Assembly (NCBI GenBank): GCA_951406725.2
Contig: CATOCA020000008.1
Coordinates: forward strand, 78,072 to 142,071
Direction: 5' to 3'
DNA length: 64,000 nucleotides
From: Octopus vulgaris
Taxonomy: Eukaryota
Shown here: positions 38,061 to 49,071 of the stretch, piece after piece
Layout: the number at the start of each line of letters is the position of its first letter
Numbering within the stretch: position 1 is the first letter of the stretch
Translations under genes and position numbers: made by a program
The notes under the pieces: model-generated
What the model saw: only the letters and a program-made list of their open reading frames with translations
Database searches by the model: none
What the model was told of the DNA's origin: nothing

Positions 38061-39479
38061 ATGGACTACGAGTCTCTAACAGACTTGTCCACGACGGATG
38101 AGGAACTGGAACAGGCAATTGCAGTGAAGCTGATGGAGGAAAAGGCTGGAGTTTTCGAGTCTTTATCAGACTTGTCTACATCTGAGGAGGAGCTAGAAAT
38201 AGCAGTGAGGAAAATGGATCAGAAGCTGGGTTATACCTATGCCGGTGTAACCAAGAAGGCGGAAGAGAAAGGGGTCGACATGGCCAAGTTGCCAAGTTAC
38301 CAGAAATACATGAAAAAGGAAAGCGGTGAGGTGGAACTATCACCGACACCCAGGAGAAAAGAATGGTATGATAAGAGGACCATTGTTTACAGGGTGTTCG
38401 CAAACGAAAGGAAGAGGGTAGAAGTTGTAACCATGGGATGGATAGAGGAAGCCCTGCGAAGAACTGAGGAGGAAATAAATTTTCTGACTCGAGGATCCAA
38501 GTACGGGACCGTAGTTGTGCACTTTAAAAGTGAATCTGTAGCGAGGAAGATGGCAGCGAAGGCGGTGAAGTCGGAAAAGGTAACACTGTTACCTACGTAT
38601 TTAAACAGGAGGATTACACGAATAAGGGTGGAGGGAGTGCCACCAAACGTGGAGGCAGAATGGATTGTGGCGGCTGTGATCAGCGGCCACGAGGACGAAG
38701 TGGATATTCTCCATGCCTCGGTTAAGTCCGAGGGCTGGAGAGGCGTAACAGTGGAGCTGAACGTACAGGCAGAGACCGAGGTACTGGTGGACCTGACGGA
38801 AAGCATCAGACTGGGAGAAGTGATCATGAGAGTGTGGGTGGAGGGCAGGGCTCCACGTTGTTACAAGTGTGGCCTGAGGGGTCACATAAGAGCCTTCTGC
38901 CCTCCCCCAGGGAAAGAAATGGATCCCGAACCAGAGAGAGAGAAGCAGAAACCAGAGGAGAAGGAAACAGAGGAAGAGAATACACAGAAATGGAAGGAAG
39001 CTGGAAGTAAGAGGAAGAGAAGAATATGTGGAAAAAAAGAAAATAATATGGAACTCCAATCTACCCCAAAACCTCCCACACCCTCTGAGTCCCACCCTAT
39101 CCATGCAGACATTGAACCCACCCGCTCCCCCCAACAAGAAAACAAAAGAAAAAAAAAGAATACACACACACAAGAGATTGAAATCGAACCCAGGCCGTAC
39201 ATTTGTACTATGACTGAACAGAGGGAAGTTAAAAGTCTAATGGAAGAGTATAAATGGTATGATGTTGGAGAGACTAGGTATGCTGTGATTGAAAAGAAGA
39301 ACATAGGTGAGTTTATGGGGAGGTGTGAAAGGGAGAATTGGGAGGTGAAAGATATAAGAATGAGCGATGAATTCGTGGAAAATATGAATGAGTATTTCGG
39401 AGTAAGAATGGATATGGAATTTATTCGTATTGGCAAAGAACATTCAAGTGACTATGAAAAACAAAGGACAGGTAAGTGA
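38061..39479 (+). CDS. Unit 2 intact ORF1-like protein (472 aa, A type)
   Basis: ATG to stop; TYAGVTKK, RRM-like GTVVVHF/TRIRVEGVP, CYKCGLRGHIRAFC; homologous to ORF1 of the LINE at 52380. Confidence 0.85.
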   Translation: MDYESLTDLSTTDEELEQAIAVKLMEEKAGVFESLSDLSTSEEELEIAVRKMDQKLGYTYAGVTKKAEEKGVDMAKLPSYQKYMKKESGEVELSPTPRRKEWYDKRTIVYRVFANERKRVEVVTMGWIEEALRRTEEEINFLTRGSKYGTVVVHFKSESVARKMAAKAVKSEKVTLLPTYLNRRITRIRVEGVPPNVEAEWIVAAVISGHEDEVDILHASVKSEGWRGVTVELNVQAETEVLVDLTESIRLGEVIMRVWVEGRAPRCYKCGLRGHIRAFCPPPGKEMDPEPEREKQKPEEKETEEENTQKWKEAGSKRKRRICGKKENNMELQSTPKPPTPSESHPIHADIEPTRSPQQENKRKKKNTHTQEIEIEPRPYICTMTEQREVKSLMEEYKWYDVGETRYAVIEKKNIGEFMGRCERENWEVKDIRMSDEFVENMNEYFGVRMDMEFIRIGKEHSSDYEKQRTGK

Positions 39480-39695
39480 TGCTGACGGACGGGGCCGTTG
39501 GTATCGCTTTCATTTTATCATTTTTTTCGTTTAACAATACATGTTCATAAAGTTTAATTATAATGTTCTATGTCCCCATGTCTTTTGTTGTCCCCCTCTG
39601 TGTCGCCCCTTAGTGGGTAATAAAAAATCAGCTCGTTCAGCGCGTTACACTTTTTCTGTTTTGGCGGCCGTTTTCGGTCTGTCAGACAGAAGGAA

Positions 39696-41056
39696 ATGGA
39701 CAACCCCTACCTGATGGGAGATACGGCTGCAGTTTTTGAGTCTTTAACAGACTTGTCTACGTCTGAGGAGGAGCTAGAAATAGCAGTGAGGAAAATGGAT
39801 CAGAAGCTGGGTTATACCTATGCCGGTGTAACCAAGAAGGCGGAAGAGAAAGGGGTCGACATGGCCAAGTTGCCAAGTTACCAGAAATACATGAAAAAGG
39901 AAAGCGGTGAGGTGGAACTATCACCGACACCCAGGAGAAAAGAATGGTATGATAAGAGGACCATTGTTTACAGGGTGTGCGCAAACGAAAGGAAGAGGGT
40001 AGAAGTTGTATCCATGGAATGGATAGAGGAAGCCCTGCGAAGAACTGAGGAGGAAATAAATTTTCTGACTCGAGGATCCAAGTACGGGACCGTAGTTGTG
40101 CACTTTAAAAGTGAATCTGCAGCGAGGAAGATGGCAGCGAAGGCGGTGAAGTCGGAAAAGGTAACACTGTTACCTACGTATTTAAACAGGAGGATTACAC
40201 GAATAAGGGTGGAGGGAGTGCCACCAAACGTGGAGGCAGAATGGATTGTGGCGGCTGTGATCAGCGGCCACGAGGACGAAGTGGATATTCTCCATGCCTC
40301 GGTTAAGTCCGAGGGCTGGAGAGGCGTAACAGTGGAGCTGAACGTACAGGCAGAGACCGAGGTACTGGTGGACCTGACGGAAAGCATCAGACTGGGAGAA
40401 GTGATCATGAGAGTGTGGGTGGAGGGCAGGGCTCCACGTTGTTACAAGTGTGGCCTGAGGGGTCACATAAGAGCCTTCTGCCCTCCCCCAGGGAAAGAAA
40501 TGGATACCGAACCAGAGAGAGAGAAGCAGAAACCAGAGGAGAAGGAAACAGAGGAAGAGAATACACAGAAATGGAAGGAAGCTGGAAGTAAGAGGAAGAG
40601 AAGAATACGTGGAAAAGAAAATAATATGGAACTCCAATCCACCCCAAAACCACCCACGCCCTCTGAGTCCCACCCTATCCATGCAGACATTGAACCCACC
40701 CGCTCCCCCCAACAAGAAAACAAAAGAAAAAAAAGAATACATACACACAAGAGATTGAAATCGAACCCAGGCCGTACATTTGTACTATGACTGAACAGAA
40801 AGAAGTTAAAAGTCTAATGGAAGAGTATAAATGGTATGATGTTGGAGAGACTAGGTATGCTGTGATTGAAAAGAAGAACATAGGTGAGTTTATGGGGAGG
40901 TGTGAAAGGGAGAATTGGGAGGTGAAAGATATAAGAATGAGCGATGAATTCGTGGAAAATATGGATGAGTATTTCGGAGTAAGAATGGATATGGAATTTA
41001 TTCGTATTGGCAAAGAACATTCAAGTGACTATGAAAAACAAAGGACAAGTAAGTGA
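39696..41056 (+). pseudogene. Unit 3 ORF1 (A type), frameshift in a poly-A run near 40730
   Basis: ORFs 39696-40790 and 40787-41056 together match unit 2. Confidence 0.85.
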
Positions 41057-41372
41057 TGCTGACGGACGGGGCCGTTGGTATCGCTTTCATTTTATCATTT
41101 TTTTCGTTTAACAATTCATGTTCATAAAGTTTAATTATAATGTTCTATGTCCCCATGTTTTGTTATGTCCGCCATTCTTCGTAGCCCCTTAGTGGGTAAT
41201 AAAGAAATACGCGGTTTTTTCGGCTCCTGAAAATTCGGTAAAAAAGAACAAAAAGCGTTGTTGTTGTTGTGGAAATTCTGAACGGCGTTGACGCGGTTTC
41301 GCGTTTCGCTCGTTCAGCGCGTTACACTTTTTCTGTTTTGGCGGCCGTTTTCGGTCTGTCAGACAGAAGGAG

Positions 41373-42788
41373 ATGGACTATGAGTCTCTAACAGACTTGT
41401 CCACGACAGATGAGGAACTGGAACAGGCAATTGCAGTGAAGCTGATGGAGGAAAAGGCTGGAGTTTTTGAGTCTTTATCAGACTTGCCTATGTCTGAGAA
41501 GGAGCTAGAAATGGCAGCAAGGAAATTGGAAGACAAGCTGAGTTATACCTATGCCGGTGTAACCAAGAAGGCGGAAGAGAAAGGGGTCGACATGGCCAAG
41601 TTGCCAAGTTACCAGAAATACATGAAAAAGGAAAGCGGTGAGGTGGAACTATCACCGACACCCAGGAGAAAAGAATGGTATGATAAGAGGACCATTGTTT
41701 ACAGGGTGTGCGCAAACGAAAGGAAGAGGGTAGAAGTTGTATCCATGGAATGGATAGAGGAAGCCCTGCGAAGAACTGAGGAGGAAATAAATTTTCTGAC
41801 TCGAGGATCCAAGTACGGGACCGTAGTTGTGCACTTTAAAAGTGAATCTGCAGCGAGGAAGATGGCAGCGAAGGCGGTGAAGTCGGAAAAGGTAACACTG
41901 TTACCTACGTATTTAAACAGGAGGATTACACGAATAAGGGTGGAGGGAGTGCCACCAAACGTGGAGGCAGAATGGATTGTGGCGGCTGTGATCAGCGGCC
42001 ACGAGGACGAAGTGGATATTCTCCATGCCTCGGTTAAGTCCGAGGGCTGGAGAGGCGTAACAGTGGAGCTGAACGTACAGGCAGAGACCGAGGTACTGGT
42101 GGACCTGACGGAAAGCATCAGACTGGGAGAAGTGATCATGAGAGTGTGGGTGGAGGGCAGGGCTCCACGTTGTTACAAGTGTGGCCTGAGGGGTCACATA
42201 AGAGCCTTCTGCCCTCCCCCAGGGAAAGAAACGGATTCCGAACCAGAGAGAGAGAAGCAGAAACCAGAGGAGAAGGAAACAGAGGAAGAGAATACACAGA
42301 AATGGAAGGAAGCTGGAAGTAAGAGGAAGAGAAGAATTCATGGAAAAGAAAATAATATGGAACTCCAATCTACCCCAAAACCACCCACACCCTCTGAGTC
42401 CCACCCTATCCATGCAGACATTGAACCCACCCGCTCCCCCCCAACAAGAAAACAAAAGAAAAAAAAGAATACACATACACAAGAGATTGAAATCGAACCC
42501 AGGCCGTACATTTGTACTATGACTGAACAGAAAGAAGTTAAAAGTCTAATGGAAGAGTATAAATGGTATGATGTTGGAGAGACTAGGTATGCTGTGATTG
42601 AAAAGAAGAACATAGGTGAGTTTATGGGGAGGTGTGAAAGGGAGAATTGGGAGGTGAAAGATATAAGAATGAGCGATGAATTCGTGGAAAATATGGATGA
42701 GTATTTCGGAGTAAGAATGGATATGGAATTTATTCGTATTGACAAAGAACATTCAAGTGACTATGAAAAACAAAGGACAGGTAAGTGA
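41373..42788 (+). CDS. Unit 4 intact ORF1-like protein (471 aa, A type)
   Basis: ATG to stop, near-identical to unit 2. Confidence 0.85.
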   Translation: MDYESLTDLSTTDEELEQAIAVKLMEEKAGVFESLSDLPMSEKELEMAARKLEDKLSYTYAGVTKKAEEKGVDMAKLPSYQKYMKKESGEVELSPTPRRKEWYDKRTIVYRVCANERKRVEVVSMEWIEEALRRTEEEINFLTRGSKYGTVVVHFKSESAARKMAAKAVKSEKVTLLPTYLNRRITRIRVEGVPPNVEAEWIVAAVISGHEDEVDILHASVKSEGWRGVTVELNVQAETEVLVDLTESIRLGEVIMRVWVEGRAPRCYKCGLRGHIRAFCPPPGKETDSEPEREKQKPEEKETEEENTQKWKEAGSKRKRRIHGKENNMELQSTPKPPTPSESHPIHADIEPTRSPPTRKQKKKKNTHTQEIEIEPRPYICTMTEQKEVKSLMEEYKWYDVGETRYAVIEKKNIGEFMGRCERENWEVKDIRMSDEFVENMDEYFGVRMDMEFIRIDKEHSSDYEKQRTGK

Positions 42789-43118
42789 TGCTGACGGACG
42801 GGGCCGTTGGTATCACTTTCATTTTATCATTTTTCGTTTAACAATTCATGTTCATAAAGTTTAATTATAATGTTCTATGTCCCCATGTTTTGTAATGTCC
42901 CCCTCTTCGTTGGCCCCTTGTGGGTAATAAAAAATCACGTGTTTTTTTCGGCTCTGTGTTTTTTGCTCTCTGTGAAATTCGGTAAAAAGAAAAAAGAACA
43001 AAAAGTGAATGGTTGTTGGTGTAAAATTTTGAACATAGTTGATGAGGTTTCGCGTCTCACTGGTTCTGCGCGTTACACTTTTTCGGTTCGGGAGGCCGTT
43101 TCTCGGCCGGAGGCGACT

Positions 43119-44446
43119 ATGAGCCGCCTCCATCAAGCGGAGGAGATGGAAGGGAGAATTTACTCTGAAATTTCGACGGAAGTATCGACATCTGAGGAGG
43201 AGTTGGCGGTGAAAAAGATGGAAGGCACCTACGCAGGTGTAACGAAGAAGTCAACGGAAAAGAGATAGACTTGGCTAAGTTGGCGGGCCTCCAGGAATTT
43301 GTGAAGGAGGACGAGAACGGTGAAGTTGAGCTGCTGCATCCAGTAGGGTGCGGAGACTGGTTCCATCGTAGAACCATTAAATATAAAGTATTTATGAATG
43401 GAGGTAGAAAGATGGAAGTAATTAACATGGAAGCAATTGAAGAGGCTCTTAAGCAGACGGGAGAGGAAATTGTGTACATGACGAAAGGATTACAATACGG
43501 AACCATAACGGTGCAATTTAAAAGTGAAAAAGCAGCCAGGAATGTAGCAGCCAAGGTGGTGAGTACAGAAAAGATTTACTTGTTACCCTCGTATCTGAAT
43601 AGGCGGACAACTAGAATTAGGTGGAGGGAATACCTCCACACCTAGAGGGCGAATTAATAACGGCTGCGGTTATAAAAGGAAATGAAGATAAAGTGGACAT
43701 CCTCCACGCCATTATGAAGTATGAAGGCGTGAGAGGTGCCACACTAGTTATGAACGTTCAAACGGAGGCGGATGTTATAGAGAAGATTACGGACAGCATA
43801 AAGACTGGAAATATTATTATGAGAGTGTGGGTGGAGGGTAGGGCGCCCAGGTGCTACAAGTGTGGCCAAAGGGGTCACATAAGAGCCTACTGCCCTCCCC
43901 CACCAAAGGAAAAAGAAAAGGAAAGCGTTGAGGAAGCCTCAGGAGAGGAAGAAAATAAACAGAAACAAACAGAGAAGAAAACGACAGAAGAAGAGGAGAT
44001 GCAACAAGAGTGGAAAGAAGCGGGAACAAAGAGAAAAAGAAGGAAAAAGAAAAAACTGTGCGAAGCCCCAACCCACCCCGACACCACCCATACCCTTGGA
44101 GTCCCATCCTTCCCCTGCAAACAGTAATTCCACCCACTCCCCGCCTACAAGAAGAATAAAAACAGACACACAGAGCAAAGAAAGTCCCAAGACCCATTTT
44201 TTATTTGTTATACATGGGAGAGACGTACAAAACGTTAAAAAACTGGTGTTAACCAAGTGGTACGAACACGAAGATTGGAGCTACACGGCTGTGGATGGTG
44301 ATGATACGGGTATATTGGCGACAAGGTTAGAGGAAGAGGGTGTGTGTTGGAAGTCAGTGGAAATGAAAGATGAATGGATAGAGAGGGCTAAAAGAAAAAC
44401 GAATGTTGTGATGGTTAAAACAGGAATACTAATTGAAAATGGGTGA
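43119..44446 (+). pseudogene. Unit 5 ORF1 (B type), several frameshifts
   Basis: Fragments at 43271, 43621 and 43928 are co-linear with unit 6. Confidence 0.85.
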
Positions 44447-44775
44447 AGAAGGACAGATAAGTGATGCTGGCGGATGGGGCCGTCGGTATCGCTCTCATAT
44501 ATCATTTTCATATTCCATTTTGCTCATATATATGTAATTGTGATGTTCCATGTCCCCATGTCTTGTAATGTCCCCCTCTTCGTTGGCCCCTTGTGGGTAA
44601 TAAAAAATCACGTGTTTTTTTGCTCTCTGTGAAATTCGGTAAAAAGAAAAAAGAACAAAAAGTGAATGGTTGTTGTTGTAAAATTTTGAACATAGTTGAT
44701 GCGGTTTCGCGTCTCACTGGTTCTGCGCGTTACACTTTTTCGGTTCGGGAGGCCGTTTCTCGGCCGGAGGCGACT

Positions 44776-46104
44776 ATGAGCCGCCTCCATCAAGCGGAGG
44801 AGATGGAAGGGAGAATTTACTCTGAAATTTCGACGGAAGTATCGACATCTGAGGAGGAGTTGGCGGTGAAAAAGATGGAAGGCACCTACGCAGGTGTAAC
44901 GAAGAAGTCAACGGAAAGAGAGATAGACTTGGCTAAGTTGGCGGGCCTCCAGGAGTTTGTGAAGGAGGACGAGAACGGTGAAGTCGAGCTGCTGCATCCA
45001 GTAGGGCGCGGAGACTGGTTCCATCGTAGAACCATTAAATATAAAGTATTTATGAATGGAGGTAGAAAGATGGAAGTAATCAACATGGAAGCAATTGAAG
45101 AGGCTCTCAAGCAGACAGGAGAGGAAATTGTGTACATGACAAAAGGATTACAATACGGAACGATAACGGTGCAATTTAAAAGCGAAAAAGCAGCCAGGAA
45201 TGTAGCAGCCAAGGTGGTGAGTACAGAAAAGATTTACTTGTTACCCTCGTATCTGAATAGGCGGACAACTAGAATTAGGGTGGAGGGAATACCTCCACAC
45301 CTAGAGGGCGAATTAATAACGGCTGCGGTTATAAAAGGAAATGAAGATAAAGTGGACATCCTCCACGCCATTATGAAGTATGAAGGCGTGAGAGGTGCCA
45401 CACTAGTTATGAACGTTCAAGCGGAGGCGGATGTTATAGAGAGGATTACGGACAGCATAAAAACTGGAAATATTATTATGAGAGTGTGGGTGGAGGGTAG
45501 GGCGCCCAGGTGCTACAAGTGTGGCCAAAGGGGTCACATAAGAGCCTACTGCCCTCCCCCACCAAAGGAAAAAGAAAAGGAAAGCGTTGAGGAAGCCTCG
45601 GGAGAGGAAGAAAATAAACAGAAACAAACAGAGAAGGAAACGACAGAAGAAGAGGAGATGCAACAAGAGTGGAAAGAAGCGGGAACAAAGAGAAAAAGAA
45701 GGAAAAAGAAAAACTGTGCGAAGCCCCAACCCACCCCGACACCACCCATACCCTTGGAGTCCCATCCTTCCCCTGCAAACAGTAATTCCACCCACTCCCC
45801 GCCTACAAGAAGAATAAAAACAGACACACAGAGCAAAGAAAGTCCCAAGACCCATTTTTTATTTGTTATACATAGGAAAGACATACAAAACGTTAAAAAA
45901 CTGGTGTTAACCAAGTGGTACGAACACGAAGATTGGAGCTACACGGTTGTGGACAGTGATGATACGGGTATATTGGCGACAAGGTTAGAGGAAGAGGGTG
46001 TGTGTTGGAAGTCAGTGAAAATGAAAGATGAATGGATAGAGAGGGCTAAAAGAAAAACGAATGTTGTGATAGGTGAAACAGGAATACAAATTGGAAATGG
46101 GTGA
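44776..46104 (+). CDS. Unit 6 intact ORF1-like protein (442 aa from MSRLHQ, B type)
   Basis: Open frame with TYAGVTKK, GTITVQF, CYKCGQRGHIRAYC; C-terminal domain differs from A type. Confidence 0.85.
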   Translation: MSRLHQAEEMEGRIYSEISTEVSTSEEELAVKKMEGTYAGVTKKSTEREIDLAKLAGLQEFVKEDENGEVELLHPVGRGDWFHRRTIKYKVFMNGGRKMEVINMEAIEEALKQTGEEIVYMTKGLQYGTITVQFKSEKAARNVAAKVVSTEKIYLLPSYLNRRTTRIRVEGIPPHLEGELITAAVIKGNEDKVDILHAIMKYEGVRGATLVMNVQAEADVIERITDSIKTGNIIMRVWVEGRAPRCYKCGQRGHIRAYCPPPPKEKEKESVEEASGEEENKQKQTEKETTEEEEMQQEWKEAGTKRKRRKKKNCAKPQPTPTPPIPLESHPSPANSNSTHSPPTRRIKTDTQSKESPKTHFLFVIHRKDIQNVKKLVLTKWYEHEDWSYTVVDSDDTGILATRLEEEGVCWKSVKMKDEWIERAKRKTNVVIGETGIQIGNG

Positions 46105-46266
46105 AGAAGGACAGACAAGTGATGCTGGCGGATGGGGCCGTCGGTATCACTCTCATATATCATTTTTCATATTCCATTTTGCTCATATATATGTAATTGT
46201 GATGTTCCATGTCCCCATGTCTTGTAATGTCCCCCTCTTCGTTGGCCCCTTGTGGGTAATAAAAAA

Positions 46267-47373
46267 TCACGTGTTTTTTTCGGCTCCTGAAATTCGGTAA
46301 AAAAGAACAAAAAGCGTTGTTGTTGTTGTGGAAATTCTGAACGGCGTTGACGCGGTTTCGCGTTTCGCTCGTTCAGCGCGTTACACTTTTTCTGTTTTGG
46401 CGGCCGTTCTCGGTCTGTCGGACGGAAGGAGGTGGACTATGAGTCTCTGACAGACTTGTCCACGACAGATGAGGAGCTGGAACGGGCAATTGCAGTGAGG
46501 CTGATGGAAGAAAGGGCTGGAATTTTCGAGTCTTTATCAGACCTGCCTGCGTCTGAGAAGGAGCTAGAAATGGCAGCAAGGAATTTGGAGGGCCGGGCTC
46601 CACGTTGTTACAAGTGTGGCCTGAGGGGTCACATAAGAGCCTTCTGCCCTCCCCCAGGGAAAGAAATGGATTCCGAACCAGAGAGAGAGAAGCAGAAACC
46701 AGAGGAGAAGGAAACAGAGGAAGAGAATACACAGAAATGGAAGGAAGCTGGAAGTAAGAGGAAGAGAAGAATGCGTGGAAAAGAAAATAATATGGAACAC
46801 CAATCTACCCCAAAACCACCCACACCCTCTGAGTCCCACCCTATCCATGCAGACATTGAACCCACCCGCTCCCCCCAACAAGAAAACAAAAGAAAAAAAA
46901 AGAATACACACACAGACAAGAGATTGAAGTCGATATCAGGCCGTACATTTGTACTATGACTGAACAGAAAGAAGTTAAATGTCTAATGGAAGAGTATAAA
47001 TGGTATGAAGTCGGTGAGACTAGGTATGCTGTGATTGAAAAGAAGAACATAGGTGAGTTTATGGTGAGGTGTGAAAGGGAGAATTGGGAGGTGAAAGATA
47101 TAAGAATGAGCGATGAATTCGTGGAAAATATGGATGAGTATTTCGGAGTAAGAATGGATATGGAATTTATTCGTATTGGCAAAGAACATTCAAGGGACGA
47201 TGAAAAACAAAGGACAGGTAAGTGATGCTGACGGATGGGGCCGTTGGTATCACTTTCATTTTCTCATTTTTTCGTTTAACAATTCATTTTCCATAAAGTT
47301 TAATTATAAATGTTTTATGTCCCCATGTCTTTTGGTGTCCACTTCTGTGTCGCCCCTAGTGGGTAATAAAGAA
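46267..47373 (+). mobile_element. Unit 7: A type, internal deletion of the RRM region, A-to-G changes including ATG to GTG
   Basis: Jumps from MAARNL to EGRAPRC near 46587; cluster of A-to-G versus unit 4 at 46420-46550. Confidence 0.85.
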
Positions 47374-49071
47374 ATACAATGTAGAGAAAAAGAAGATTGA
47401 ACGGCGGTGTTTTTTGCGCTCTGTAAAATTCGGTTGAAAAGGAAAAAAGAACAAAAAGTGAATTGTGGTTGTTGCGGAATTGGAACGTCGGTTGGTGCGG
47501 TTTCGCGTCGCACTGGTTCTGTGCGTCGCACGTTTTCTGTTCGGGAGGCCGTTTTTCGGTCTGAGGCGACTATGAGCCGCCTCTACCAAACGGATGAGAT
47601 GGAAGGAGAAATTTCTCTGAAAATTCGTCGACATCTGAGGAGGAGTTGGCGGTGAAAAAAATGGAAAGCACCTACGCAGGTATAACGAAGAAGTCAACAG
47701 AAAAAGAGATAGACCTGGCTAAGTTGACGGACTTCCAGGAGTTCATGAAGGAGGAGGAGAACGGAGAGGTTGAGCTGTTGCCTCTAGCAGGGCGCGGAGA
47801 CTGGTTCCATCGTAGAACCATTAAATATAAAGTATTTATGAATGGAGGTAGAAAAATGGAAGTGATTAACATGGAAGCAATTGAAGAGGCTCTCAAACAG
47901 ACAGGAGAAGAAATTGTGTACATGACAAAAGGATTACAATGTGGAACCATAACGGTACAATTTAAAAGTGAGAAAGCAGCCAGGAATGTAGCAGCCAAGG
48001 TGGTGAGTACAGAAAATATTTACTTGTTCCCCTCGTATTTGAATAGAAGGACCACCAGAATTAGGGTGGTGGGAATACCTCCACACCTAGAGGGCGAATT
48101 AATAACGGCTGCGGTTATCAAAGGAAATGAAGATAAAGTGGACATCCTCCACGCCATTATGAAATATGAAGGCGTGAGAGGTGCCACACTAGAAATGAAC
48201 ATACAGACGGAGACGGAAGTTATAGATAAGCTTACGGACAGTATACAAACTGGGAATATTATTATGAGAGTGTGGGTGGAGGGTAGGGCGCCCAGGTGCT
48301 ACAAGTGTGGCCAGAGGGGTCACATAAGAGCCTACTGCCCTCCCCCACCAAAGGAAAAGGAAATCGTTGCGGAAGCCCCAAAAGAGGACGCCCCAAAAGA
48401 GGAAGAAACTAAAGAGAAACAAACAGAAAAGGAAACGACAGAAGAAGAGGAGATGCAACAAGAGTGGGAAGAAGGCAGAAAAAAGAAAAAGAAAAACTGT
48501 GCGAAGCCCCAACCCACCCCAACACCACCCACACCCTCTGAATCCCACCCCTCCCCTGCAGACAGTGAACCCACCCGCTCCCCTCCAACAAGAAAACAAA
48601 AAAAAAAATAACACAGACAGACAAGAGACTGAAAGCGAACCCAGGCCGAACATTTGTATTATGACAGAACAGAAAGAGGTTAAAAGGGTAATGGAAGGGT
48701 ATACATGGTGCGATTCAGGTGTGACCAGGTGTGCAGTGATTGAAAAGGAGAGAATAGATGAGTTTATGAGAAGGTGCGAAAGGGAGAATTGGGAGGTGGA
48801 AGAGATGAGTCTGAGTGATGAATCCGTGAAAAATATGGAGAATCGTTTTGAAGTGAGAATGGAGAATATCGGTTTTATTATTGGAAATTGGAGTGACGGC
48901 GAAAACCAAAGGACAGGTAAGTGATGCTGGCGGAGGGGGCCGTTGGCATCGCTTTCATATTATCATTTTTTCATGTAACAATTCATCCTTCATAAATTTA
49001 ATTATAATGTTCTATGTCCCCATGTCTTGTAATGTCCCCCTCTTCGTTGGCCCCTTGTGGGTAATAAAGAA
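47374..49071 (+). mobile_element. Unit 8: B-type N-terminus with A-related C-terminal domain; frameshifted
   Basis: ORFs 47646-48611 and 48367-48924. Confidence 0.85.
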
